From assembly GCA_040954595.2 (NCBI GenBank), contig CM082585.2, positions 11,513,451 through 11,577,450 of the forward strand: a stretch of 64,000 bases of DNA, in the 5' to 3' direction. The notes beneath the pieces are model-generated. The model ran no database searches and was not told the DNA's origin. It saw nothing but the letters and a program-made list of their open reading frames with translations. Every line of letters starts with the position of its first letter. The first letter of the stretch is position 1. This document shows positions 1 through 14,306 of this stretch, piece after piece. The DNA is from Balanoglossus misakiensis. Lineage: Eukaryota > Animalia > Hemichordata. The position numbers were made by a program, and so were the translations under genes.

Positions 1-3000
1 CACACATGATTCTAGGCACCGCAGTCACTCAGTCAGTCCTTGTGATATCGAAAGTTTGTGTATGTTTCTGCGTGACACTGACACATGGATGTGCATTGCT
101 TGTTAACTTCAGCCACCATTTCATGATCAATAAATACAATTAGTATTTGCAAAGACATAAAATTGAATGTTTCTAATGTAATAATGTAATTGGTTTAGAC
201 CTTCTACATCACTGGTTTATTTATAGACAATAGGATTGTATAATCAGGTCCACGTATTGACACGTTATGATCATAATTACTCTATTCAAAAAATTAATTT
301 TTGAAAAGACTTATATTCCCATTAGTCTTAGACAATACGGTCAACCGGCAATGTTTAAAAAAAACACAGAAAAATGTTGTGAAGCTGTGTTCTGTTGTAG
401 ATCTGATGTGAATACTTTATGATGTGTTTTCAAACGATTTCCACACAAAGCTTGAAAGAGCAGAGAATTTGATTGACATGCAGTTTTTCAATGAAAACTT
501 TGAGGATGAGGTCCAATATTCTGTGTCTGAAAGTTGAGGAAAACACTGATCTGTCAGAAAGCCCTCTAAAAGTTGAAAATACCAGAAAGGTTATATATCT
601 AGCATTTGGGAGATGTGTGTTTGATGGCAGGTACCGTACTTTCCTTGTGTTTATGTTTTTGTTGAATCCATGACAGATTGTTCAGATTTCAGTTCAAAAG
701 TGACAGATATTTGGCTAATTAGGCATTTTCAAGACCTCAATGTGACCTTACATCCTGGTACTTTTGCCCTAACCAATCCACCAGTTTGATTGAGAACTCC
801 ATGGTAGCCAATCATATTCACAGAGTTCAGAAGTGAATTGCTACTCTGACTCAAAAATGTTCAAATTTGTTTGCATTTTTCTCTCTAAAAATGGTGAAGA
901 TTGGAGACAGCCTGTCGACAAAAGTACTTGGATGGAAGGTCACGTCGAAGTCATGGAAATGGCTATAAAATTAGGAATCCATGAAATCAGAATATAATTG
1001 AATAATCAAAAGTGTATTGTTTTTCATAAGGGTCTGAAATATTTCCTAGGAATGGATTTTTAATAATCAAACTTTTTATGTATCTATGTCATTATGATAT
1101 TCACTGAAAAAGTACTTTCAGATAAAAAAAAAATGGAACTGTCACTCAGCAAATTCTGTCTGTTTTTCACAAAAACTGACAATTGATCGCTTTCTTTGCC
1201 ATAATGCCTTATAATACAACCAAGTTGCTTTTCATTTGCATCAATATCTTGACACACTTTGGTTTTTTCACATCAATTCGCGCAACAAGAGGAGACTTTG
1301 GAGAAAAGTGGTATTTCACACAAAAACGCCACAAACCTATCAATGACTAACAACCCTCTGTTATGACAACTGCACTCCGAAGTCACGGAAAATCTCAGTT
1401 AATTACCGAGTCTCACCGCGGAGAGCATGGCGACAGAATTGCCCCCCTACCAGGCCCAATGCACCCTAGAGCGCATCTCGATTTTTCACACTGCCGTAAT
1501 ATCAATAATTTCGACTCATGGGGCGAGACGACAGATGCACACAATAGATTTTAGTCTTATTGGCATGTACACAATTATTCCAAAGCTGAGTAACAGTTCT
1601 GTTTTGCCAGGCTCAGAAATAAAACGAGGGAGAAAAAAAAAGACATCGTATCACTCGCACAGAACTTGAGAGCATTTCAAAAAACTCCTCAGTGAAAACT
1701 AATTTGCATATCTTTGATTGACAGGTACAAGTTCTGCTAGAAGCATTCTCCTCCAATGAAAACGCAACAGAAGAATTTCACAATAAAAGCTAAACTTGTA
1801 AACTCTCACACATAAATATCATACCATCTGATGTGAGAATGATTCATCAAAAATGAGGTTTCTGTGCCTGCAACCTGTCACTGGTGACCTGCATAGCATT
1901 TGATTTATAACTTTATGCCAAAGTTTTCTGAGGACAAAAAGTTGTGATATATCAGTATTTATTAATTTTGTTTTAGTTTCAGAATTGTTTTGAGGATGGG
2001 AACGGCAAAGTGCATGTTGCGTGGTTTTATTGGACAGAGAAGGTTTCAAGCAGATGGATGATGTGGTGGTCATCGTAGTCAGGACAGAAATGGTAGTGCA
2101 GACGGTCACTCTTGGTTGACATCAATGCCACCATCATTGACAGCATGCCAGCTCCATTTATCCAAATGGAAAGTTTGCAAACAAGGTATTTGAGAAAGTT
2201 GTTCACAGTAAACAACAACTATAATGAACTTGTGATGGTGTGTGTCTAAATAGATGCTGATCAGTCGGAATGAAAAAGAGTCGCCGTTTCTTTTCTTTCC
2301 TTCTTTTTTTTTTTTTTTTTTTGTCGTTTTCGGTGAATTCAACTGTAATTACCATGCCCAGATAAGTGTTTTGCCACAATGCAACAGATTGTGGAAGTTC
2401 AGCGATGCAAAGACTGCTAAATACAGCAATAAAAGTAAAAGAGATGCTTTTGTTGGCCATTAAAACCCTGTGAGCATTGTTCTTGCATGCATGACGGACC
2501 AGCTAGTGTTTGGGAGTTGATAAACAACAAAGACACACCGATCTTGCCGGCAGCATCTTTTCTCAACCTTTTTTACACGCTTGAATCCGAATTGGGGAGA
2601 TTTATTGTTATGTATGTGGAAGGCACCGACCTTTACTCTCTTATTTTGTAAAGACCAAACACCACCGATTGTGGACTTGTTTTCCATACCATCTTTCTTT
2701 TTTTTGTTTGGCGTGCACGGTAGTTTGCTAGGAACAAAGCCAGCAGTCAATTTTTGTCAATTGTGTGACATGAAAGTGCATAGACTACATTTTGCCCTGT
2801 GTCGTTCTGCTGTGTCTTGTGTCAAAAGCCCGGCAGACACCATTTTGTTGGTCGACAGTTTTGATGCGTGTATGTTTTTGTCACAGGCTGTTTTATTCAA
2901 GTCAAGTGTTGAGTCTGAACAGCTACACATTTCCACTTGTGTCACCGATTGAAAACACACAGAAAGAGAGAAGAAAAAAATTATGGAAATGAGCACAAGT

Positions 3001-5403
3001 AGGTTTTGTTGGCCTCATGATGTTCGACTATTCACAATTCGACATTTTCAGTTGCTTTTGCATTATGCCCTGTGAAAGGGGACTACTTTGAGGTTTTCCA
3101 ATGTATTTGTGTCTTTTGTTCAACCTCATAGCCAGTTTAATGCGCGTTCAAAAGTATGTAAAGAAATGAATTATTCTCAGCCAGTGACCTCCCTACAATA
3201 AGTTCTTTCTAATAACCAGTTACACTCGATCCATTGCACATATACCTCCATTGTGGTCCTCTTCCCCCCCCTCCCCACCGCATCTGTGCCAATCACCAAC
3301 CAAACAGAAAGGCCCTCCGCGCTTAGCCTGTTTCCAAGGCGACACATTGTGAGCAGTTTTTTCGATGGGTTTAGGGAAAATGTGTTCAGACAAAAAACGG
3401 GCAAAATGGTGCGTTTTAGCGGGATTAAGGCAAGGAATTGCCAGTCGATCCCTATTTCCATTAAGTTCTTTTCCATGACAGCTAGGGGAACAATTGTCCA
3501 TCGCATCATAAGAAATTAATCTTGAAAGATGTAGACTTGATCAAATTAGGAGAAGTCTCATATGTCGATTACATTACAGTTTATACGTTTGATTGTCATA
3601 GAGAACCACAAAATCTCACCGAAAGTTTAATAGCAAATTGTTCTCAGCAAAAATACTGTTGAGAAAATTCATGGACACATTTGTCGTATATAAATACCGG
3701 TATATGATAATACATCTATAACTACCCGAGCACAGTAGCAGTTGCTCTGTATACTCTTTGTGGCCATTTTTTTTTTATTTAAGAAGCTCAGTGGAACATA
3801 CTTGTTGTGCAAAATCGGTGAAAGAAGATTACAATCCTCGCAAATATCTGTCACAATTTTGACTGATATGCCCTTTCAAATTGTTACTTTCACAAAGTTT
3901 AAGTGCGATGAAATGTTGATAGTGAAGCTAGCCTAGAGGCATAGGGCGTGGATATGGTCACTGCTCTCCATATGCTGTAGTGGTACATTCAGAAAATGGA
4001 CAGAGGTGATGGATATTTCTCTCACAGCTTCACTCAAAATAATTTCATCATTTATTCAAAAACACCTTCACAGTTATCAGCAACCACTTATCATGTCACA
4101 GAGTCTTAATCGTTTCCTTTCACATCTGTTTTTGGATACTTCAAGGTTTGTGCATTAAAAAGAAATTTACGCGGGAAAACATGAACTGAAATCCAACCAC
4201 AAGGAGAATAAAAATTCTTCTCTTTTCTAATAAAAAATACATTCGCAATTCCAAAAGTTTGTGATGAAATTATGGCATGTGAAGCAAAGATTTTCAATAT
4301 GGCATTTAATGCTGTCAAGCTGGCCGTGCCTCTTGGGTGATTTTTATCAAAAACACCTCAAATTATTTTGAGAATGGTTGAAAGATTTGGGGGGGAAATG
4401 CCGATGGATTGATCAATTAATAAATGCCCTGCGTAATGCACACTCTCAAGAATGACAGATCGCTGTTGACGTGTATGGAATCCTTAGAGAAAAATAGAAA
4501 ACGCAGTCGTGTTATTATTACAAGAATTATGGGTTTATTATAGTAAAGACAGTATTTATGGAGTATTTTGACTAGTGTGCTGGCCCGAGCCCATTCATCA
4601 ATCTATACCATATGCCTCACAAGGCTGCTGTCCACAAAAGAACGTCATTTCTGAATACATTTCAACATACCGTCGAATTCAGGTGCTACAAGATTTACAA
4701 AGCTCGCTGTAAATTGCGAATTTCCCCTTTGAAATCTTTGCTTGACAACAAAATTAATAAATGCGTGCTAAAACATGTATCATTTCCGCGACATTGTCCC
4801 TGCCGATTGTTGGAAACAATATCTGTGTATTAGTGATACGAGCGATTATAATTACTGGCTTGTTACTTTGTGTGGTTTTTATTTGCGGTATAATAACGTG
4901 GAGGAGATAAAAGGAAAGAGAACAATGAGCAGCAGAATAGATCAATATTGGGCCGTATTCAGTCCACGCAAATGGAAAGTGGCAACAGAGTTAAGATTCT
5001 GAATTAACTCTGATTTCTTTCACCGTCTGTGTGCGGTTTGTTTGTTCGTTAGATGATTACATGTCTGAGCGTGCGTATCACTCATATCTCGGTTCTCTCC
5101 TTGCCATCGTCTCTGGCTGTTTCTCTGTGTGTGTGTCACTGTCTGTGTCTCCATCTGTATCACTGTTTGTCTCTGTCTCTCTGGTCACATCAGACTGAGA
5201 TGTAAGCTGTCATCACTGTTGTATCTCATTTGACATATCTGCATTTCCTGATGTCACTCAGTCTACTAGTTTTCCATTTCCACTTACCCACAATTCAGTG
5301 CTCAATAAGTCAGGGTTAGACTCACTCAAATGTTCCTGTCCTAAGTAGGCCAAGGCTAATCCTTGTAATCCCTGTTTTCCTGTATAAAGACATCTCTGGC
5401 ATT

Positions 5404-5481
5404 TCATCCATCCATCCATATCCATCTATTAGTCCATCAGTCCATCCGTCAGTCCATCCATCCATCCATCCATCCATCCAC
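5404..5481 (+). repeat. Imperfect (TCCA)n microsatellite
   Basis: Directly visible. Confidence 0.85.
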
Positions 5482-8400
5482 CCTGCTGCACCAAAATATC
5501 CCCCACTCCATTAATATTAATATTGAATTACTTTGTAGCCCTAAAACTGAATTTCTGATTCTTTTAGGACTTTCAAACAGCAAATAAAATACAAACTCAA
5601 CAGAAACTTTAATTCTCATGGGCCCATCAAACAGAAACACCAACTAAACCAAAAAAATGCGCTCTAAACATCTGTACCATGGAATTATGCATTTAATAAC
5701 AAAAAAACTGTTAATTGCAACCATTGTGTCATTTAATTATAGAACACTACTAATTGACCCATTGTGATAATTCAGAGAAAGTGCGAGGTCATCGTTTATG
5801 GACGGATTTTATATATAGATTATCTGATAATCAATGATGTTTTTCTATGAAAGGTGTGATGTAACATGAATAGACTAGTTTGTACATCAAACACAGTGGT
5901 GTTCAGATAAGTAGTGTTTATATTCTCAAATTATATAGATTGTAAATATGATTTTAGGATAATGAGGGAAGCAAACTAGTTTTTATCCTGTTTAATGACA
6001 TTAAGGACAAGGGCCGTAGCAGCTGGGAGACATTATGAAGGGCTGTTTGTAAAAATGTGGAAGACAGCTGTGGATTGTGTCAGTCTGAAAGAATTTGTAC
6101 GGAATTTTTGTTGAAAGTTTAATATCTTAATTATTAAAAATTTTCTGAATTTTGAAAAATATTGCAACATTGATGTACACATTAAAAGTAATATTTCGAG
6201 ATATCTGGGCAATGGTTTTTATCAGAATAAGAGCAATTTTCTCTGATGTAAGCTAAGGTGTTTATTTTTAAGACTCAGGCCTTGGGCTAAAAAAAGACAT
6301 CAGGCATCTGGTCTTTTTTAAAATGACCAATACAGCAAATTAACAGTGCTCAAAAAGTGTTTGTTGTCTCTACTTTCTCTCAAAGTTTTGACATCATTGG
6401 TTCCTATTTGACCTGAGTTCTCATCCAATTAAACCAAAGATCAACTTCCTAGCAAAAGCAGATAATTTTGAGAAGTGAAATGACTCCACAGTTTACCATT
6501 AGTGTTAAGACGAGATTTACGACAATGAAGTGTCAGTTATGTCACAGTGTCAAATTTTTTCATCCCGTCATCACAACTTTCACCACATAAAAATCAACAT
6601 TGGTGTTTCCATGGCAATAGGCATCCACATTATCTTGACCTCTGTCACTATATGTGATAATTTCTGATTTATAACCTGAGAATCGTCATAAAGGCTGTCC
6701 CATCACATATGGTGTGTTAATGGTATTCAATCTCGGGTTTCCTCATACAAAAGTATTGCCAAAAATGCATATTTATTGTAAAATACATTTCTGATGGAGC
6801 TCAGCTGGGGGAATTTGATTAAAAGTATAAAAAAATTCCCGCAGAACCCCCCAAATTCTTGTCGTTCATACTTTAAACACCAGATGTACTTGTTCGTACA
6901 AATGATATCTCATTCCATACACTTGTGACCTGTGACTTACATGACCTCTGACCCAGTGCAAAGCTCTCGTTTTTTTACTTCACAACATACACACCTTCAG
7001 TAAAACATTAATCAGCCAATTGAATTTAGCGTCTATTACCGAGATAAAAAGGATGAACGTTAAACAGGAAAAATTACTGCAGATTGGACAATTACTGTCG
7101 TGAAGCGCTGTTAAGAAGCCAATCGCGGAGGAGATAATTGGAATTTGTTCATTATGAAGGTTTAGAGCCCCAGCTGGTCCCATGTGTTGCTCAGAATTTC
7201 ACACTTTCAAATTAACTTTGCGTTAGTTCAAAGATGGGTGCTTTCCTTCTTGGCGTTTTTTTGGGAAAGAGAGAAAGTGAACATCTTGCTGATGTTTAAT
7301 AATAAACTGAAAAATAACATTTAGGATAAAATTTGTATTTATTTATTTAACTATCTATCTATCTGTCTGCATGTCTGTTTGTCTGTCTGTCTGTGTCTTT
7401 CTATTTATCTATTAATTGTGCTGCAATGGGCAGGTGAATTATATCGGTGATGAAACATTCGAAATTGTCATGTCAGTGTTCTGCACTGTGACAACCTGAA
7501 GGGGCAAAATTTATACAATGTTGCAAAGGTATCCATATTGCAAGCAGTTTGTTCCATGCTGACCAATAACTGACTGATACATGTATCCCATAATCCTCTT
7601 TGGGCTAACACGGAGCGAGATTATCTACAATAGGCCGACTTGGCTTTTGTGTTCAGAAATTGTATAGGAATATTACAAGCTTTTGGTGAAAGATTTCATT
7701 TTTTGTCAATTTGTGTATTTTTTTGGTAAACGGCACTGGTTTGGGTCTATTATCGATCCTTATTCCTCAGATTATAAGAAACATCCGTGTATCGTGATCA
7801 GGGAGCCTTAAGCTTTCTTCAAAGTGTTCATAATATTGCTTAATAGCGTATTTCATAGTCTGAAAAAGATAGACACTTCTAGCCACACAATAAAATTGTT
7901 TCTTTGTCCATTTCTTGATGCATTTTTTTTTTGCTGTTCGCACATTATTTTTTCATATTGTCATATCAACATCATTTAAAATCAATCATGACATGCGGTG
8001 AATGGGATATGTTATTGCAGGTCTGTCCTTGTGGATGAGGAGGAAGCATATTTCACGTAGGAATAGGATCAATGGCATTGTGAATATTAGACATGAGGCA
8101 ATTAGAGAGATGGCTAGAGAAAGACGAACAAAAGTTGGGACGAAGGGCTGTTTAATGCTGCTTTGATCAGCTTTTCTAAGAGTTTCCAGCCCTACTAATG
8201 TACGCTTCAATTAAACAGAAATCAGTTTGCGACGCAGAGTGTTAGGAACTGTCAAACAGACAATGAAGACAGCGTGAAGTGCGCATAGTAGTCCCTCCTA
8301 GAAGTGGTAATCCCAGGTTTTAATAGAGTGTTAGATAATGGCTGGCTCGGCTGGAAACCAGAGACAAACAGCTCTCCAGTAGAGCATCGTATAGTCATCA

Positions 8401-11400
8401 GTTGGGGTATCCCGCCGCGCTTTACATACATAACAATCCATCGAACACACTGGAACAGGAGGAGACGATGCAAGATAACGCTAAATGATGCGCTACCTTC
8501 AAAATAGAATGACCTCAGCCACAAAAGTGTGTGCAATAAATACATACTCATATTAGCCGGCCGCTCTATTAGGTCTTGTTGCCACATTGTTAAGTTTTCT
8601 GAAAAAGAAAAGAAACGAAATGAAAAAAAGGCATCTTGTCTCCAGCTGCGGTTACGATTGTGCCGTCCACATTGTTGTTTTGTAGCGAGTGTGGTGCTGA
8701 GCCATTGGAGACTTTGTTGCTTCGGTGAATGGATAACAGTGGGCTGCTAATAAGAATTGTGACAAAAACCGATGATTGCCATATTCGTTGCAGTACAAAC
8801 AGGAAAGAAGAGACGCAGCAGTAAAGCGTTCAAGTACGCCAGAGGTAGTTAACCGCAACCTTCATTGAAACCCCCTTATAAATACTCTCTGCAAACACAT
8901 TGTCACCTTCGAATATCCAGCCATCCCAACCTATACCGACTGTTGAGTTTAGGTGCCTCGTTATCCAAGATTAGAAGGAAAAAAAAGAAACTTCTCATAT
9001 TCTGTCTGGATTTTCTTGACTGGATAAACCTAAATAGGCCGTTTTCAGGATTCAGATCTCCAGTTTGCGGTATACAAGACGCTCAAATAATAAGTGGTGA
9101 TATTTGTAAAAGTAAGGTGATTGTATTGACTGCAAGTTCGTGTTCTGGTTCTTAAAGAGTGTTAAAACGCCACATTCAGCTTGCCAAAGACGTAGATCTG
9201 ATCGTCGAGAGAACTAAAATGCATGCAATCCAACGTACAAGTTTTGCTGATAATCCAAGCAAATTTCTGAAGATAAAATCTGGTGTTGTCTACTTTTTCA
9301 ACATATAAGAAATGGTGTCACAGTATTACACTGGATCATACAAGCAGCACAGCTAGAGCAAACAATCAACAAGTTATCCTGTTTCAGTGAACTGGAGTGA
9401 CCATTTATTCTTTAAAAAGATCAAATCAAAATCATAACAATTTTGCATCATGATGACGTGTTTATTTTTTTATGATATGCGAGTTATGCTTTGCAATCTT
9501 GTAATGTGCAGCCAGATGACTGATGCCGTCAACCAAGCTGAGTTTGTTGGAAAATAACGTTTCTAAACATTTGTCACATTTTTGTTATATTTGTACATCA
9601 TAGGTATAGTAACATACTGTTAGTGGAAGTTTAATTTCAGAAATATAAATTTTGCATCGTACATCCCATCTGTCAAACCTAAGCAGATTATGTAGAAAGT
9701 GCTGGTAATGGTTGAATGAAAATGATAGTTTCTGATTTTTAAAAAAGAAATTGCACTACTCTTAGATTGTAAATGTGAAGAGTTAAAAACTCTTTAAACA
9801 CAACAGACCGTGGTTCTTAAATTGATAGAGATTTTAAGATTATTCCCGGTGAGTAAATTTTTCAATAAAACTGGCATTTTGCTCTTTCTCCGACAGTTTT
9901 TCAAATTGACAACTGCAGAGTCAAGATTAGAGGAATAATTCCCTCTAAACCACATCTGCCTTTACTTGGCATTAATAGGACGGCCAACCTTCGCTCCTTT
10001 TACTGCATAAAAAGTAATCGCGCAACTCAGTCGTGATTGAAAAATATCTCACTATAGTCACTAAGGAGGATGTTGCCATGGTAATGCCTCTCTCTTGGCA
10101 GTGCTCTAAGTTGTCAGCTTCCCATGATGTGTCGTGAGAAGTTTTAAAAATATTGGGAAAGAAGAAGTGACCATTTTTTGTGTGTTTTTTATGTCAATCA
10201 TTCTGGTCTGCTACAGATGATTATGAAGGAACTTCACGTTTTGCATAGCAGTCTTTCATCTGAGCGTATTCATCAAGTATACTGTAGGATGAGTAAGACG
10301 GGGTCCAACAAAAAAGAACGGACAGTTTAAATTGGCGAGCATATTCGCTGCCGTGAGTAAGCATTGTGAATGTGCGATCACGAGCTGTGTGTGAATTCAA
10401 GGGATGAGCAAAGCAATGAAATCAGTGATGCCTATAGGTTGACATTTGGCTGACCTGCCTCGAAAGAACTAATGGTCTAGTTTATTTGTTACGACACAGA
10501 GCCAAGCATCGTCTATTGATGTGCCTATTATGGCCGCCGTGAATTCTGCCATCTTGTCCATTGTGTCATGTCTTCTCAACCGTCAGTGCAATCTGCTTGG
10601 GCTTTTGTTGGGTGTGCATTGTGGCTGAGCATGGCTCTTTCATTGGCAAACGCAGCCCTCCACTGGGTTTGATTTTGCGACCACCAGACATCACTCGTAA
10701 TTTCAGACGCGGTGCAGCCATTCATCCCTGAGCCGATCGACGAGCGGGAATGTGAGATTGCGGTTATCGACATCAACATGCAACATCACCAACATATCTC
10801 TTGGTCTTGGCACTTCCAAGCTGCTGCTCTCTCTCTGGGAAGAATGATGAACTGCAAAAAAATGTACAGTGGACACACAAATCAAGTTTTAATGAACCCT
10901 GCAGTGAAACACCAGCATTCAGAGATGTTTACTTATATATTTACTGAAAAGAATTCCAGAGCACAGTTTTGAATTTTTTGTAAAGTTCTCACCATCCTGT
11001 TTAAAAATTGCGTGATTGTCATATTTGTGAATTTTTAAACACGTTGAGATTTGCTGAGTGAAGACAAAAGGCAGAACATTTACTGAAGATTTTGTTTTGG
11101 TTGCTGTACTGGCCAATCACGATTATTAGACAGTGTGATGTCATACATTGACAATCCAATGAGGTGATTGATCGTAGAATCCAGGTGCCAGTGTCATTTT
11201 TGTGGAAAAGTTTGTATCACGCGAAGTACTTTGCTCCTGACATGAGAAAGTGAAAAAAAACATTCAGCTCTATCGGAGATGCCAGTGTTACAGTTGTTGC
11301 AAAAAGGATGCATGTATTAGGGACGAGAAAGAGAGAGAAAATCATATAGCAAGCACTCCTTCCCCCAAGATATCCGTCTTTACGAAGACCAGTAAAAGAT

Positions 11401-14100
11401 GTCGTTATGAGGTATAAATGGGAGCTCAACAATAGAGAAGGAAATCTCAAAGAAAATTGATGAAAAGCTGAAAAGTAAAAAAAAAGGGATTTTTTGAAAG
11501 GATAGAGACAGAAAAGGGAAAGAAATGAATGGAAGTCAGTTTCCATACTTCTTTCACGTTTTTACTCTTTTGGAAGACTCCTAGGGCTAGAAAATAATTG
11601 GGTATTTCAACAAAGGGTATTTCTGCAGCCCAGCTCCTCTTGTGGGTGTAAATATCAGAGGAGTGTACAATGTTCAAATGGTTGAAGAAGAAAAGAGTGG
11701 GATTAGCGGAGTGTTTAACTCAGTAGGACTGAACCCATAAAGGGAGGGTTGGTTTTAATGTCAGGAGTAAATAGACATCCTCTCTGTGTGCAGCTTCAGT
11801 GTTCGTTCTCTTTCAATTACATTGCAACAAAGTCGATTTGTGTTTGTGAGGGCATCATTAGCCAATGGCCAATCGGAATAATATGTGGCAGACAATTCAG
11901 CTAGGGCACAACCCGTGTACGTACATCTTGGCTTTTTGGTCGATCTTAAATATAATTTAGACAAAGGCTTGTTTTCTTTAGGTGATTAATCAGAGCACAG
12001 GACAGATCTAGACAGATGAAAACTGGGTGTGTGTTTTTGTACATCAATATTAACAAAGAGAAACTCATCCTTGCGTGTCAGCCAAAACGACATGAAGAAG
12101 GGAGTTTAGAGGAATTAGCGGCATTTGGGGGATGAGAATTACCACAGCAGCTCGGTATGAAAAGAGATAGAGGAAGGAAATGCTAACAGCAACTTCGAAG
12201 CCAACATGTCAGTTTTCTTTTGCTCCGGATCATTCGCGAGGAAGTGCTAGAAGCAATGCACTTGCTAATTAAGAATCACGTCGCAAGATTTGCGGAGAAA
12301 TCCCCGAGATGAAAAGGCCAGATTCAACACCTTCAAAATTCAGCAGTCCAGATTAATGTGACAAAAAAGATAAAGAATATGAGGACAGAAATAAAATCTA
12401 TATTACAGGAATTCAAGGTTGTCTGAGTAAAGAGTGGTATTTGTGAGAAGTTTGTAGGATATGGTTTTAGAGTTTTTAAGTATAAATAGAACAAAAAACA
12501 CATGTTGCAATACATCTGTATAAATTAATTCTACCACCAGTAAACTAGCCTCATGAATGCATCTAGTTTCACATCTGTTCTACAGAAAAAAATTATGCAT
12601 TTTAAACATTATATAATTTTTATGTTAAGTTTCTGTTTTCAGACTTTTTTTCTTAGCAGGAAACTGCTGTCGGACCGCCAATGAGATTGAAATCATAACT
12701 AAATGATCAAAGATCAGTTGACATTTGTTGTGGATGCTTCATTGACCTTCTTGATGTCGTACCGGTACACGAGTTCAGATGAAAACATTTTTTTGTCCAA
12801 TTCGCAAAATGTGTCAGCTTTGATTTTAGTGAGAGTCTGTCAGAATCAGCAAAAAGCTAATGTACAGTCTATAATAAAGGGGAAAAGACTTTAAAATTTG
12901 GTAAAAATTAAGAATATTTGTTCGCCAATTTTAGACGGGAAGATAAATGCTATCTGTCGTACTGTCAGCTGTGATGGATAATGCTAAGTAAGTCATCCAT
13001 GTGCCTGTGGTTGATTGCCAATTATGCCTATTGTTGATAGCCATTGTCAGCGCATCCACAATGGGCTGATTCAAAATAGGCAATATTACATGTAAACAAT
13101 ACGTCGGTTGATTGTGGCACAATTTGTACACAAATGCTACCAACATAATTAGGTGGCTCTAAGTGTACAGAATCTCTATCACTTTATTATTCACCAATTA
13201 CATCCCTCACACAATGTAATCATGCACAACAAACAACACGCGGCAAAAGTTTCTCGTAATGTTGAGCTGTGGGGGTCATATGCATTTGATTTGCATTGCC
13301 ACCACAGCAGTCGCCTTCATTCCCCTCCCCCCCCCCCCCCCCCCCCCCCACAAAGACTTTTCTTGCATTGTCATGGATCAACACTGCAAGAAACCTAGCC
13401 TGATAGAGCCACCATTTTCTCCCCTCCAAAGGTACCCGACTCCGGGTATTTATCTAACATCATTAATGTGCTCGAGTGAGCGGATTAACAAATGCAAGTT
13501 GGCATGGTTACAAAGATTACTTTAACACCGAAGCCGTTGGCAAATTGTATGTTTTTTTGATGAGATGTGTTATATTGTTTATGATGATACCATCATTACA
13601 TTGATGGGCAATGCGTATAATGTTGCATGAATTAAATGGTTTCTGCAAAGCTACAAAGTCTGGTTTCAGGGTATGTTGATCGAGCGTTTGAGTTACCGTG
13701 GCGACATCAGAAACCCCCCCCCCCCCTCCAATAATCCAGCGAGGGATCTTTGTGACTCGTAAATTTAGTATAAGTGACTTGTAACTCAAGAAGCTTTATC
13801 CAGGAATACGATAAAATCAACATGCTAAAAGATTTTGGTATTTGTAAGCGGACACCATTCATAGAAGGCATCACAATTACAGATAACTTCCTTACCATGT
13901 TTGTTACACTCACAACGGACTTATCTATTTTATTGGTCGTAATAGATTAAATACTTACGTCTGTGGTTATTGATATCAACTATTTCTTTTCTATGCATTG
14001 GAAGAAGTATTAACAAATAGTATATTTTGTAGTTTCCTGGTTATATTTAAGTAGGAAAAATTGACAGTAGTGGTTGATTATTACACGGTTTTGGTCTGCA

Positions 14101-14306
14101 ACTGCAGTTTCTTGTTCTACTTGCTGAAACATGTTAAAATGCCAACATAGTATGTACATGTATGTGTAGAGAGCAGTTGATATTTGTATATTCCTGGCTG
14201 AAATCCAGTTATCAACAAGAACATTGCTGGCTGTACCGGTACTCATAGGCTGTGAAGACTATGGGCATATCAACATGTTGTAGGGAGTAGAACAAGAAAC
14301 TGTACT
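14101..14306. repeat. Foldback inverted repeat (degenerate MITE-like)
   Basis: CAGTTTCTTGTTCTACT (14105-14121) is a perfect inverted match to 14286-14302. Imperfect pairing continues over ~50 bp arms, with an inner GTTGATA/TATCAAC pair. Confidence 0.7.

Noticed and set aside
3500-3940. Faint similarity to 16440-16800 (reverse), suggesting an old repeat family
   Set aside because: Only short word matches are visible by eye; no ends or TSDs could be defined without alignment.
13322-13348. Poly-C/G tracts (also ~13714, ~23844, ~24937, ~26935) giving poly-Pro/Gly ORFs
   Set aside because: Simple homopolymers with no coding or other support.
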